51,704 nt of DNA, taken from the NCBI GenBank assembly GCA_043801585.1, contig JAZDLX010000161.1, forward strand, positions 1 through 51,704, given 5' to 3'. The position numbers and the translations under genes were made by a program. Under the pieces are notes generated by a model. That model had not been told where the DNA came from and searched no databases. It worked only from the letters and a program-made list of their open reading frames with translations. This document shows positions 29,516 to 39,482 of the stretch, piece after piece. The stretch's first letter is position 1. Each line of letters starts with the position of its first letter. Source of the DNA: a bacterium. GTDB taxonomy: Bacteria > Electryoneota > Electryoneia > Electryoneales > Electryoneaceae.

Positions 29516-30433
29516 ATGCCCATTTCTGATTCCACTCCCTGGCGTGCCCGGATTTCCGCTCTCGCCGTCGATCGCGAAGAGGGTGCGGGCACGATTGCTT
29601 TGCTTGCGGCGCAGGCCCTGGAAGAAGGGGCAGCGGGGGGCGCACCGGCCAAGCCGCTCCTCGGCGCTCTCGTCGAGCTCGTCCACGGCCAACGGGCGAT
29701 GGCTCCCGTCCTGCGTCTCGCGGCGGACCTCTCTTCTGAATTAAAAGGAGGAAAGACCGCTGGTTTTCGGCAACGCGCCGCAGAGTGGGCAAGGGAACTC
29801 GAAGCTGCAGGGAGAGATTTTCGCAATCACCTGATGGAAGAGATCAAAGAAGCCGGCCGATGGGGTTTCTATTCGAGCAGTTCCACGGTATTCGAAGGTC
29901 TCGCAGCGCTTGCTGAAGCGGAGATCGTCGGAGAGGCCTGGGTGGGGGAATCACGTCCAGGCGGAGAGGGGTCTCGTACCGCGCGACGGTTGAAAACCCT
30001 GGGGTGGAAAACGACATTAGTCCCGGACTCGCGCCTCTTCGACCTTGTGGCAAGTGGTTTTCTGGATTGTCTTGTGCTTGGGTGCGACGCCGCGGATGGA
30101 GAGCGGTTCATCAACAAGTCCGGCTCCGCAGCACTCGCCGCGCTTGCTCGCCAATCGGGAGTGAACTGCGAACTCTGGACGACGACCCACAAGCTGGTTC
30201 CTGCCGCCACTCTGGATCTGCTTCACGCGGATGAAACTCAGGGCAACGATCTTCACTCCGCTGGCGAGGAAATTCGGATCGATCAGCCGCTTTTCGGCAT
30301 TGGCAAGATGATGGACGCAAACATCCTGCGGACGGAACGTGGGCGGATGCGCCCCAAGGATGTGAGAGCATTCCTCGATTCGCTCCCCGTTCTTGACACC
30401 AGCCAGCTCGAGCTGGACAAAAGCGCACGTTGA
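29516..30433 (+). CDS. eIF-2B alpha/beta/delta family protein (sugar-phosphate isomerase-like fold)
   Basis: DREEGAGTIA, RAMAPV, YSSSSTV, ESRPGGEG, VLGCDA, INKSGS, HKL. Start is at GTG 29513 or ATG 29516 after AAAGGA. Confidence 0.8.
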   Translation: MPISDSTPWRARISALAVDREEGAGTIALLAAQALEEGAAGGAPAKPLLGALVELVHGQRAMAPVLRLAADLSSELKGGKTAGFRQRAAEWARELEAAGRDFRNHLMEEIKEAGRWGFYSSSSTVFEGLAALAEAEIVGEAWVGESRPGGEGSRTARRLKTLGWKTTLVPDSRLFDLVASGFLDCLVLGCDAADGERFINKSGSAALAALARQSGVNCELWTTTHKLVPAATLDLLHADETQGNDLHSAGEEIRIDQPLFGIGKMMDANILRTERGRMRPKDVRAFLDSLPVLDTSQLELDKSAR

Positions 30434-30451
30434 TTCCATGAGAGGAGATTG

Positions 30452-31549
30452 GTGAACCTTCTGATTATCGCTCCCTATCATGTTTCAGGAACGCTTGATC
30501 TCTGGCAGCGTGAACTTCGCCGCCGGGGTCATGAGTGCCGGTATGTCACTTTGTTTCGCAATCGCTGGGGGTTTTCGGAAGACATCTCGCTGGACCTCCC
30601 CCTGATGCCACGTGCCGGAAGCGCACTTATCCCGTTTCGACGTCTCCTTCACCGGATAGCACGCGGTCCTCTCGCCGATGATACTCCGATCACCGAGCGC
30701 CCTCCCTTGTGGAAGAGCCCCGGTTTGCTGGCGTCGAGTTTCTTTACCCTGCGCGATATGATCATTGCCCCACGTGTGCTGAATGCAATTCAGAAAAACC
30801 GTCTTGACGGATTTGATATTATCTGGCTTGACCAGGGCGGCGGTTTCTTCCGCGACGCCCGAGTCATCCGCCGGTGGGCCGGAATGGGAAAACACCTGAT
30901 GGCGTTTTATCACGGAAGCGATATGCGCAACCGTGGGATTTACCCTCAGGTGGACCGTCACCTTGAACTGCGACTGACCAGCGAGGTTGATCTGCTCGAG
31001 CTGGACCCGAGGCTTCGCTATCTCTTTCTGCCAGTCGACACCTCCGCGCTTACCCCCGATCATCGCACGCCTGTCGGCGATGGTGTCATCCGCATCGCCC
31101 ATGCGGCGCGCGTTCGAGCGTTCAAAGGCACAGACAGGATTATCGAAGTCGTTGAACGGCTGAGAATCCGCCACAGAGTGGAACTGGTGCTCATCGAGAA
31201 CGTGTCACACATCGAAGCGTTGGCGATGAAACGCCGGTGCGACATCGCGGTGGATCAAATCGCCGACACTGGGGGATGGGGGTATGGGATGTCCAGCGTC
31301 GAGTACCTCTCGCTGGGTATTCCGACCTGCACCAGCATGAACCCGGAGATGCAGGCCTTCCTGCCCGGTCATCCCTTTGTGGCCGTCTCCGCTGATACCC
31401 TCGAAACCGAACTGGAACGGTTGATCACCGACGAGGAGCACCGGCAGACGACCGGAAAGCGGGGGCGTGAGTGGGTCGTTCAGAATCACGACATCCGACA
31501 GGTTGCTGACCGGTTATGGAAATATTTTGAAGAGCTCGAGTGGGTTTGA
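30452..31549 (+). CDS. GT-B fold glycosyltransferase (GT4-like)
   Basis: GAGGAG RBS. YHGSDMR, FKGTDRI, CDIAVDQ, GYGMSSVEYLSLGIP, GREWVVQNHD. Confidence 0.8.
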   Translation: MNLLIIAPYHVSGTLDLWQRELRRRGHECRYVTLFRNRWGFSEDISLDLPLMPRAGSALIPFRRLLHRIARGPLADDTPITERPPLWKSPGLLASSFFTLRDMIIAPRVLNAIQKNRLDGFDIIWLDQGGGFFRDARVIRRWAGMGKHLMAFYHGSDMRNRGIYPQVDRHLELRLTSEVDLLELDPRLRYLFLPVDTSALTPDHRTPVGDGVIRIAHAARVRAFKGTDRIIEVVERLRIRHRVELVLIENVSHIEALAMKRRCDIAVDQIADTGGWGYGMSSVEYLSLGIPTCTSMNPEMQAFLPGHPFVAVSADTLETELERLITDEEHRQTTGKRGREWVVQNHDIRQVADRLWKYFEELEWV

Positions 31550-31564
31550 TTTTCAATTAATCAT

Positions 31565-32908
31565 TCATGTTTTTCCACTTTTCTCGCCTTTTCCCAATGA
31601 CCGATCCTGCAGATCTCGACTGGAAATGACAGTCGGATTTCCCAGTCGCCTGAGCGCTTTCGTAAGGGTCTCTCTGGGCCCCGAGATCACCAGTTTGACG
31701 CGGCCATCCTCCCACTCTCGGTCACGAACCACCAGGCTTCCCTGGAACTCGTCGAGCATCCTTAATTGTTCCGGCTGTAACGCCAACCAGGCTTCTGCTG
31801 TCCCTACGTAGAGCAGGTTTTCAAGCCGTTCTGTCAGCTCCCACAAGCGCAACCCTTTCTCAGCCGAAATGAAAAGTGCGCTGGGATACTTGTCCCGCAT
31901 TTTCTCCATGAGTCCGGGGTTGAGTACGGCATCAATCTTGTTGAACACGAGCTGCTGAGGTTTCTCCTCCAGTCCCAGATCCTGAAGCACCTTTTTCGTC
32001 TGGATGATTTGATCCTCTACATGCGGATGGGATAGGTCGGCAACGTGGACCAGCACCTGCGCGTGCTGTGCTTCCTCCAGTGTCGACCGGAATGATGCAA
32101 CAAGATGGTGCGGGAGTTTCCGGATAAAGCCCACGGTATCGATCACCAGAATCGGCCGCCCAAGCGTCGGCTCGATTCGGCGAACCTTTGAATCCAGCGT
32201 AGCGAACAGACGGTTCTCTACATAGGCGTCGTTGGTGTTGGACAGTGAATTCAGCAGCGTCGATTTGCCGACGTTCGTATAGCCGACGAGGGCGGCGGTC
32301 GGGAGTTCGCTCCGTCCACTTCTTTGAGTCTGACGTTGGCGGGCGATCTTCACCAGCTCTTTTTTCAGCGAGGTAATTTTGCGCTGCACGGCTCGCCGGT
32401 CCACCTCGAGCTGAGTTTCACCGGGACCACGGAATCCGATGCCACCCTGCTGACCGCGAAGGTGAGACCACATCTTCGTCAAACGCGGGTAATAGTATTC
32501 CATCTGCGCCAGCTCGACTTGGACTTTCGCCTCGCGCGTTCTCGCCCGGCGTGCGAAAATATCAAGGATCAGGGCGCTGCGGTCCAGCACTTTTACCTTC
32601 AGCCTGTCTTCCAGATTTCGCACTTGGACGGGGGTAAGGTCGTCATCAAAGATCACCAGATTTGCCTTTTGTTGCCTGCAAAAACCGGCGATCTCGCTGA
32701 CTTTGCCTGCACCCGCATAAGTCGCCGAATCCAGCTTCATTTTCCGCTGAAAAACGCTTTCGACGATGTCCGCACCCGCAGTGTCCGCGAGTGCAGCCAA
32801 CTCCTGCATGTGGTCTTCGGCCACCCACATCGGAGTCCCAGGAAGAACCACAGTGACAAGCACTGCGGTCTCCCGTTGTTCTTCGCCGGGGCGTGGTATT
32901 TCAAGCAT
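31565..32908 (-). CDS. hflX: GTPase HflX
   Basis: ELAALADTAG, DRSALILDIFARRA, QVELAQ, GPGETQLEVDRR, GYTNVGKS, LFATLD, DTVGF, NKID. Confidence 0.96.
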   Translation of the reverse strand: MLEIPRPGEEQRETAVLVTVVLPGTPMWVAEDHMQELAALADTAGADIVESVFQRKMKLDSATYAGAGKVSEIAGFCRQQKANLVIFDDDLTPVQVRNLEDRLKVKVLDRSALILDIFARRARTREAKVQVELAQMEYYYPRLTKMWSHLRGQQGGIGFRGPGETQLEVDRRAVQRKITSLKKELVKIARQRQTQRSGRSELPTAALVGYTNVGKSTLLNSLSNTNDAYVENRLFATLDSKVRRIEPTLGRPILVIDTVGFIRKLPHHLVASFRSTLEEAQHAQVLVHVADLSHPHVEDQIIQTKKVLQDLGLEEKPQQLVFNKIDAVLNPGLMEKMRDKYPSALFISAEKGLRLWELTERLENLLYVGTAEAWLALQPEQLRMLDEFQGSLVVRDREWEDGRVKLVISGPRETLTKALRRLGNPTVISSRDLQDRSLGKGEKSGKT

Positions 32909-34943
32909 TCTGTTCACCGCTGTCCGTCCTGTCTTCGCGCCTTTCCCGCGCCAGCAACGATTCCGTGACAAGCATGGCCAGCGCCGCGAGTAACAGGGGT
33001 ACGCTAACCTCTCTGCCTACCCGCAATCGCTCGAGAGCGTCTGCCAGACTCTCGCCCTCCTGTAGATGAACCTTCCGGCCGGGAAGCGACGCATCCGGAA
33101 TTCTTTCCAGCAGGCTTTCCGAAGGGTCGAGCACGATAGAAGCGATCCCCGCCTCTTTACCGTCCACAAGGAGTTTGTAGATCCCGGGCCACCGCGTAGC
33201 ACTCGTTTCCCAGGCGATCCCCGGCTCTGCCGATGGCGCGGCTGGGATCCGATTTCCCAAGGGGTCTTCGATCTCCGCCACGCTTCCCATCACTTCGGGG
33301 CGTTCCCGCCAACGAAGGACTTGCCCGCACATCACCTGCTGTGCGGGAAGCTGTCCTTTGCTGGCAAGATAGACAACCCCGGCCTGCACCACGGGAGCAA
33401 ATGCGCCGGTTGCCGGCCAGTCCGTCCAGCCCCCCGACAGCGCACAAGGCGTCCACCAGACACGGCCCCGGCCGACATTCCGTTCGAGCAGAAACGCGCC
33501 ACCGTCCGCGAGCCGGATCAACGTGCTGGTTCCTTCTCCAGGCATCACATTGAGCCGTTTTGCGACCTTTGGAAGTTCAAACCGGCCCCTCCCCGAGAGC
33601 AACCCTCGAAGCGCGGGATGAGTCTGATCGATTTCGCCCCAAGGCACTGATCCAGGTCGCAATACATCAATGATGGGGCCAAATCCCGTCTCTCGGAGGA
33701 GTGCCCTTGACAGCGCCGCCGGATCCATGCGCTCTCCGGCGAACAACCAAAGACCACCACCGTTTGATACAAATTCAACGATCCGCCGTATCTCTTCATC
33801 GTTCAGTCCTTCGGGACTCACCAGCAGAAGAACGTCGGCATTTTCTAAGTTCTCCGTGCCCGGTGGGCCCGGTTTGACCGTCACTGCCGCCGCATTCAAC
33901 CCCGCCCCGGGAGTCAACGCAAGCTCGAGGGTCCTCAGCGCAGGAATGTCGCCTCCCGAGAGCAACACTCGAGGAACCGGAGGCACCGAAAGGATCGCTG
34001 TTCGATGGTTGTCCAGAGCAAGGGCGTCCTCGTCCTCGATTTCCACCTCAAGCGCATGGAGCCCCGCTTCCGGCAAACGCACCGGAATCGCCCTTTCACT
34101 CGGGTCCAATCCTTTCACCTGGACTTCGCCTTCGGCGACCTTTCTTCCAGAAATCGTGACCTCGAAGAGGGTGGTTTCCTTCTCGGCACCGGTTAGCTGG
34201 AAACGGGCTTCCAGCTCGTCCTCCATTCCCGGTCGGGCGAGCGGCCGAGCCATGCGAATGGCATAAACGCTGATGTTTTCCGGCGTTTCCTCCGGTCCCA
34301 CGTCGATACGACGGAGCTTTACGTCCGGCGGCAACGGAGGAAATGAATCGGGTGTTGCGCCTGCGAAATCGGACATCCAGAGAACCTCTTTCACCCCCGC
34401 GCCGCTTTTTTCCAGACGACTCAAGGCCCGTACCATTCCTGCCGCAGGAGCCTGGCTTCTCCCGTCTGTCGACAGCGCATCAACCCATGCTGGTGTTTCT
34501 CCGGCTGCGGTGGTTTGTTGAATGTCACGAGCGCCCTCACGGTCGGCCACAACAACCCCAACAACGCCGCCAGCCTTCCAGATGTCTGCGATCGCTTTCC
34601 GTGCACGGTCCAGCGAGCTTGTCGAATGGACATCCCGCGCCGCCATTGACGCCGAAAGGTCAAGCAGCATGACCGTCTCGCTGTTGCCGAATCCCGCCGA
34701 CGCTCCCCGAATGGCGGGGCGCAGGAACGCCAGCACGAGAAAGAGAATCGCCAGCGTTCGCAGCAGGAGCAGCAGCCACTGGCGCAGACGCAACCGTCTT
34801 GTCCGGCGGGATTGAATTTTCTCGAGAAAGGCAAGGGTGGAAAACGGCACGGGGCGGAGACGGCGTCGCGCCAAAAGGTGCAGCAGCAGCGGCACACCGA
34901 TCAGCACCAGTCCCAACATCAGCCCTGTGTTCAGGAACGTCAT
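32901..34943 (-). CDS. BatA N-terminal double-TM / vWA domain membrane protein
   Basis: MTFLN...PLLLHLL...VPFSTLAFL...LLLLLRTLAILFLVLAFLRP, MIDAS-like DLSASM, SDF, DNHR, and a C-terminal TM ending in E-x-L-L. Confidence 0.85.
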   Translation of the reverse strand: MTFLNTGLMLGLVLIGVPLLLHLLARRRLRPVPFSTLAFLEKIQSRRTRRLRLRQWLLLLLRTLAILFLVLAFLRPAIRGASAGFGNSETVMLLDLSASMAARDVHSTSSLDRARKAIADIWKAGGVVGVVVADREGARDIQQTTAAGETPAWVDALSTDGRSQAPAAGMVRALSRLEKSGAGVKEVLWMSDFAGATPDSFPPLPPDVKLRRIDVGPEETPENISVYAIRMARPLARPGMEDELEARFQLTGAEKETTLFEVTISGRKVAEGEVQVKGLDPSERAIPVRLPEAGLHALEVEIEDEDALALDNHRTAILSVPPVPRVLLSGGDIPALRTLELALTPGAGLNAAAVTVKPGPPGTENLENADVLLLVSPEGLNDEEIRRIVEFVSNGGGLWLFAGERMDPAALSRALLRETGFGPIIDVLRPGSVPWGEIDQTHPALRGLLSGRGRFELPKVAKRLNVMPGEGTSTLIRLADGGAFLLERNVGRGRVWWTPCALSGGWTDWPATGAFAPVVQAGVVYLASKGQLPAQQVMCGQVLRWRERPEVMGSVAEIEDPLGNRIPAAPSAEPGIAWETSATRWPGIYKLLVDGKEAGIASIVLDPSESLLERIPDASLPGRKVHLQEGESLADALERLRVGREVSVPLLLAALAMLVTESLLARERREDRTDSGEQNA

Positions 34944-35051
34944 CTTTACCGTTCACCTCGTTGCATTTCCACACCTGCCGAATGCAAGGTACTTGTCCAG
35001 CGGCAAGCGTTACAACGGAACGGTCCCCCGGTAGAGGCGTGCGCAGCAATA

Positions 35052-35077
35052 TGCCCCGGCGATCGTCCACCGGGGCA
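35052..35077. terminator. Hairpin downstream of the M24 peptidase, possible terminator
   Basis: TGCCCCGG-cgatcgtcca-CCGGGGCA 8-bp stem with only a weak U-tract. Confidence 0.35.
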
Positions 35078-35106
35078 CAGACTCTTTTCGGTTTGTCACT
35101 TGCCCA

Positions 35107-36276
35107 TCATTTCGGTTTTGCTGCAAACAGATCGAGGGAAAGCGCAGCGTCCATGATTTCGTGACCGTCCGGTGTGATCAGCACCATGTTTTCAGTCCGG
35201 TATGCACCAACCCCTTTCTCGTACATTCCCGGCTCGCTGGTGACAATCATCCCGGGTTCGAGAATGATGCTTTGTCCGAAGGGGATGCCGTAGTCGTCCT
35301 GCCCTTCAGGTCTCATGCTCGCCCGTGGAAGCTCGTGAACATAAGCGCCTCCCGTTCCATGTCCCGCTCCGTGAAAAGGCCGCTCGATTCCGGCGGCTTT
35401 CATTCCTTCAACATATTTCATCCCCGCAGCCCAGGCCGGTTTACCCGGCACCATCTCACCGATCACATCATCCATCCACACCACCTGCAGGTCGCGGAGC
35501 CGGACAATCTCCTTCGGCAGTTCATCGCACCCAAGCAGCACCATGCGGGTCAGGTCCGTGCAGACCCCCTTGTAGAAGATGCCCCAGTCCACGAGCATCG
35601 TTTTGCCGTCTTTCAGTGGTCGGGGTGCGCGGCTCATGTCCGGGTGCGGGGTGTCACCGTCGAAGTCCATCACCACGATGGTCTCGAACGACATTCCCTC
35701 GCCGCCCATTTCCTCACAGTGCGCATCAAACGCATCCCGGTAGTCCATGTCGGTCCTGGTGGCCATGTTCCGCGGGAGCCACTCCTCAACCGACCAGCAG
35801 AAAGCGTTCATGGCGATTTCAAGCGCTTCATGGATCAACACCAGCTCTCGATCACCCTTGATCATGCGGAGCCTGTCGAGAAAACCGGAGGGCGCCTCAA
35901 TCTTGTTGACTCCCAGCATCGCGGGCAGGGCGTGATACACATCGATGGGAAGCCCTTTGACGTCAACGACAAGCGTTTTCGCCCCACCGGTCAGCTCGCG
36001 CAATTCCGGGTAAAGGTGGAGGTGTTTCATTCCCCAGATGTACGTCTTTACTCCGAGGATTTCGGGGACGCGGTTTTCGTAGCGTCCATCGGTGATGAAC
36101 CAGGCGGCATCGGGAGAAACAAGCATCCGGGCGTCTTTCTGAAAGTCGCCGGGAATGCCCGAAAGCCAACCAACGTTGGCTGGATCTGTCACGAGCATCG
36201 GCACGTTATACGATTCACGCAGCGCCTTTTGAACACGGCCAATTCGCTCTTGAAGCAATTCCTTTGGGGCAGGCAT
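35107..36276 (-). CDS. M24 family metallopeptidase (Xaa-Pro aminopeptidase-like)
   Basis: Creatinase-type N-domain (TDGRY) and LRMIK. Metal ligands VDWG, TDLTR, HGAGHG, SEPG, RTEN. AGGAGG RBS before ATG 36276. Confidence 0.9.
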   Translation of the reverse strand: MPAPKELLQERIGRVQKALRESYNVPMLVTDPANVGWLSGIPGDFQKDARMLVSPDAAWFITDGRYENRVPEILGVKTYIWGMKHLHLYPELRELTGGAKTLVVDVKGLPIDVYHALPAMLGVNKIEAPSGFLDRLRMIKGDRELVLIHEALEIAMNAFCWSVEEWLPRNMATRTDMDYRDAFDAHCEEMGGEGMSFETIVVMDFDGDTPHPDMSRAPRPLKDGKTMLVDWGIFYKGVCTDLTRMVLLGCDELPKEIVRLRDLQVVWMDDVIGEMVPGKPAWAAGMKYVEGMKAAGIERPFHGAGHGTGGAYVHELPRASMRPEGQDDYGIPFGQSIILEPGMIVTSEPGMYEKGVGAYRTENMVLITPDGHEIMDAALSLDLFAAKPK

Positions 36277-36563
36277 GACAACCCTCCTGAATGAAGCGGG
36301 TTTGTTTGTGGCATAGAAAATGAGGTTCAACCGTGCAGGACGCAACCATTCATGGAGCCGATTGATCCCTGCCGGTGACGTCAATGGGTATGTAGAAGCC
36401 TTGGATCGCCCTCGTCTCTACCGGTAAGGTTGCTGTTATTCACGTTTAAACCTGAAGATGCAGGGACATTTCGCCGATAGAGAAGATGTGGAGGGCTGTG
36501 CGCCAACGTACGTTGCGGGTGTACCTTTCGCACGATGGCCCCTTGATGAAAACCAGGAGATCC

Positions 36564-37961
36564 ATGCCGCTGCACATCCTCATCGTTGACCTTCAGGTAA
36601 GCGAAGCCGAGCCGCTGAGACAACGGCTGGAGCAGTCGGGGGTGAATGTTATCGTCACTGCCGACGGCGAGGAGGCGCTCACGCGCGTGATGAACGGAGA
36701 GATGGACAGCCTGATCACCGAGCTTCGCCTTGACGGAAACCTCGGCGGAAAAGAGCTGGCCGAACGGCTGCTCACCAAACTACCCGCCTTCCCCGTATTT
36801 GTCTACACTCGGTGGGGAAGCGCGGATGAAGCATTCAACCTCGCCCAGATGGGTGTGCGCGCGTTCGCCGTCAAGGGGGAAGAGGTTGACGATTTCGTGG
36901 AAACGGTAATCGCCGTATCGAAGGGACAGCCCGCGCCTGGTCAGGACCTCCGCGATCCCCGCGCGGCGGACGTTTCCTACACCCAGTATCTGTCACGCAA
37001 CGTCGAAACCGCGATCGTCTTTCGAACCGCCATCGAACGCGTTGCGAAAGCGCCGTCCACTGTGCTGATTTCTGGTGAGTCCGGTACGGGAAAGGAGCTA
37101 CTGGCAAGAACGATCCACCTTCACGGCCCCCGGGCGAACAAGCCCTGGATTGCTGTCAATTGCGCCGCATTGCCCGAGAACCTGATTGAGTCGGAACTGT
37201 TCGGTCACGAAAAGGGGGCGTTTACCGGCGCCTCGTCGCGCCGTATCGGACGGTTCGAACAAGCGCAGGGAGGAACCTTTTTCCTCGACGAAATCGGAGA
37301 TCTGTCGCTCGCTGTGCAAACGAAGTTGCTCCGTGTGCTGCAGGAACGTGTCATCGAGCGTGTTGGCGGGAACCAGCAGATCCAGATAAGCGTCAGGGTG
37401 ATTGCCGCCACCCATCAAAACCTTCGCGAACTCGTTAAACAGGGTCAGTTCCGTGAAGATCTCTTCTACCGCATATCGGTGATCACGTTGACACTTCCAC
37501 CGCTTCGCTCTCGTCCGGAGGACATCCCGGGGCTGGCGAATTTCTTCCTTGACCGATACCGCCGCGAGGCGGGCCGGGAACCGATGCTGATCACTCCCCG
37601 TGCGATGAAAGCGTTGCGCGGGTACCGGTGGCCGGGAAACGTCCGTGAATTGGAAAATGTAATTGAACGAGCGGTGGTGATGACACCGGGAAACCGCGTG
37701 GATGTGGATGACCTGCCCGAAGAAATCCGCCGCTCCCAACCTCTTGCGGACCAGCGCCGCAGCCTCCGCGTCGCCCGCGAGGAGTTTGAGGCCGATTTTA
37801 TCCTGCGCACCCTTGAGCGCCTGAACGGAAACATCTCCGCTGCCGCCACGGAACTCGAAATCGCCCGTAAAAACCTTCAGGAAAAGATCAAACGGTACAA
37901 GATTCCCGTGAGTGAAATCCGGGAACGCTCCGGCGGCGAAGCTGAACCTCCTGACCATTGA
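36564..37961 (+). CDS. Sigma54-dependent transcriptional activator (atypical REC - AAA+ - Fis HTH)
   Basis: GESGTGKE, ESELFGHEKGAFTGA, FLDEIG, FREDLFYR, WPGNVRELEN, HTH NISAAATELEI. The receiver has ITE in place of ITD. AGGAGA RBS. Confidence 0.93.
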   Translation: MPLHILIVDLQVSEAEPLRQRLEQSGVNVIVTADGEEALTRVMNGEMDSLITELRLDGNLGGKELAERLLTKLPAFPVFVYTRWGSADEAFNLAQMGVRAFAVKGEEVDDFVETVIAVSKGQPAPGQDLRDPRAADVSYTQYLSRNVETAIVFRTAIERVAKAPSTVLISGESGTGKELLARTIHLHGPRANKPWIAVNCAALPENLIESELFGHEKGAFTGASSRRIGRFEQAQGGTFFLDEIGDLSLAVQTKLLRVLQERVIERVGGNQQIQISVRVIAATHQNLRELVKQGQFREDLFYRISVITLTLPPLRSRPEDIPGLANFFLDRYRREAGREPMLITPRAMKALRGYRWPGNVRELENVIERAVVMTPGNRVDVDDLPEEIRRSQPLADQRRSLRVAREEFEADFILRTLERLNGNISAAATELEIARKNLQEKIKRYKIPVSEIRERSGGEAEPPDH

Positions 37962-38039
37962 AGTACAGGAACTGTCCCCCGGAACACCTTATCTTAGCAT
38001 GCGTCCACCCTATCCAGCAAAAGGACAACCCTACGGGAG

Positions 38040-39422
38040 ATGCTGGTGAAGACACGGAACGAAAGCATGCTGCTGCTTTGGCCTGCGCTGACCGCCATGG
38101 CCGACCTCGTCGCTCTGGCAGGGAGTATGATGGCCGCCTATGGCGTTCGCTTTCACACACAGTTTACTTCGGTTGTCCCGATCATCTACGGCATTCCACC
38201 GTTTCATGTTTACATCATTTCAGCCTTCGTCGGCGGCGCCTTCTGGGTTATGATCATGTCGCTGCGGGGAGTGTACCGCATCCAGATGGGACAACCGGTC
38301 TGGGGAGAGATACGTGATGCGACCGGGAGTTTTCTGATTGGGTTTGCACTCGGTTTCGCGCTTCTCTTTTTCTACCGTGGATTTCTCTATTCCCGCGTTG
38401 TTGCGCTGTTGACGCTGGTGCTCGCATTGCCCTCGCTTGCCCTGGTGCGGATTCTTTTCGGAACATTCCGGCGGAAACTGCTGAGGGAGCGGCCCTTTCA
38501 CAGAGCGTTGCTTATCGGCTCTCTCGCGGATGTCGTCGGACGGCGCCTTTCCGCCACCGAAGGGAGCGGCATTCAGATACTCGCCGTTCATAAAGACCAG
38601 GGAGGCTCAGAGCTTGCCGACTTCGTACGAGAGGCGGAAGAACTCCATGCGGACACCGTCATCCTGGCGTACGGTTTCGAGCGGTTTGCACGCGTTCGGC
38701 AGGTGATCACGGCGCTGGAGGGACGCCGCTTCAATTTCCTCTTCGCCCCCGACCCCCAGGCGCTGGCTACCGGGCGACTGAGGACATTGAACCTCGCCGG
38801 CCTTCCGATGCTCCAGCTTCGCGAAGATCCCCTCGAGGGGTGGAACGGTTTGATCAAGGGAACCTTCGATATCGCCGTTTCTTCTGCCCTGCTGATTCTG
38901 TTCTCTCCGTTCATGGCGCTGATTGCCCTTGGCGTTCGTCTCTCGGGCAAGGGACCGGTGATCTACCGGCAGGAACGTGTCAGCCTGGATGGCCAATCCT
39001 TCATGATCTACAAGTTCCGTACGATGCGACAGAACGCCGAGAGCGGTTCCGGCCCTATCTGGGCAAAACCTGGAGACTCCCGGACAACACTGTTTGGAAG
39101 GTTCCTTCGCCGCTGGTCGCTGGATGAACTTCCACAGCTCTTGAACGTGCTGCGCCGCGACATGAGCCTCGTCGGCCCCCGCCCGGAACGTCCGGAATTC
39201 GTCGAACAGTTTCGCGAAAAGGTGCCAAGGTATTCCGAGCGCCACCGTGTTCGCTGTGGATTGACCGGGTGGGCCCAGGTGAACGGGCTTCGCGGACAAG
39301 CGCCGATTGAGGAACGGACTCGCTACGATCTGATGTACATCGAGAACTGGTCGCTGAGTCTGGACCTTTGGGTCCTCGCCCGAACAGTGCTTGCCGTTCT
39401 TTTCGGGCGCGACGCTTATTAG
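38040..39422 (+). CDS. Undecaprenyl-phosphate sugar phosphotransferase (WcaJ/WbaP family)
   Basis: Four N-terminal TMs, a CoA-binding-like segment, KFRTM, SLDELPQLLNV, MSLVGPRPERP, GLTGWAQVNG, DLMYIENWS. Confidence 0.93.
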   Translation: MLVKTRNESMLLLWPALTAMADLVALAGSMMAAYGVRFHTQFTSVVPIIYGIPPFHVYIISAFVGGAFWVMIMSLRGVYRIQMGQPVWGEIRDATGSFLIGFALGFALLFFYRGFLYSRVVALLTLVLALPSLALVRILFGTFRRKLLRERPFHRALLIGSLADVVGRRLSATEGSGIQILAVHKDQGGSELADFVREAEELHADTVILAYGFERFARVRQVITALEGRRFNFLFAPDPQALATGRLRTLNLAGLPMLQLREDPLEGWNGLIKGTFDIAVSSALLILFSPFMALIALGVRLSGKGPVIYRQERVSLDGQSFMIYKFRTMRQNAESGSGPIWAKPGDSRTTLFGRFLRRWSLDELPQLLNVLRRDMSLVGPRPERPEFVEQFREKVPRYSERHRVRCGLTGWAQVNGLRGQAPIEERTRYDLMYIENWSLSLDLWVLARTVLAVLFGRDAY

Positions 39423-39482
39423 GATGTCGTGATATACATATAACAGGATTTGTTTTACAGATAAAGCAAAACTGATGCGCCC

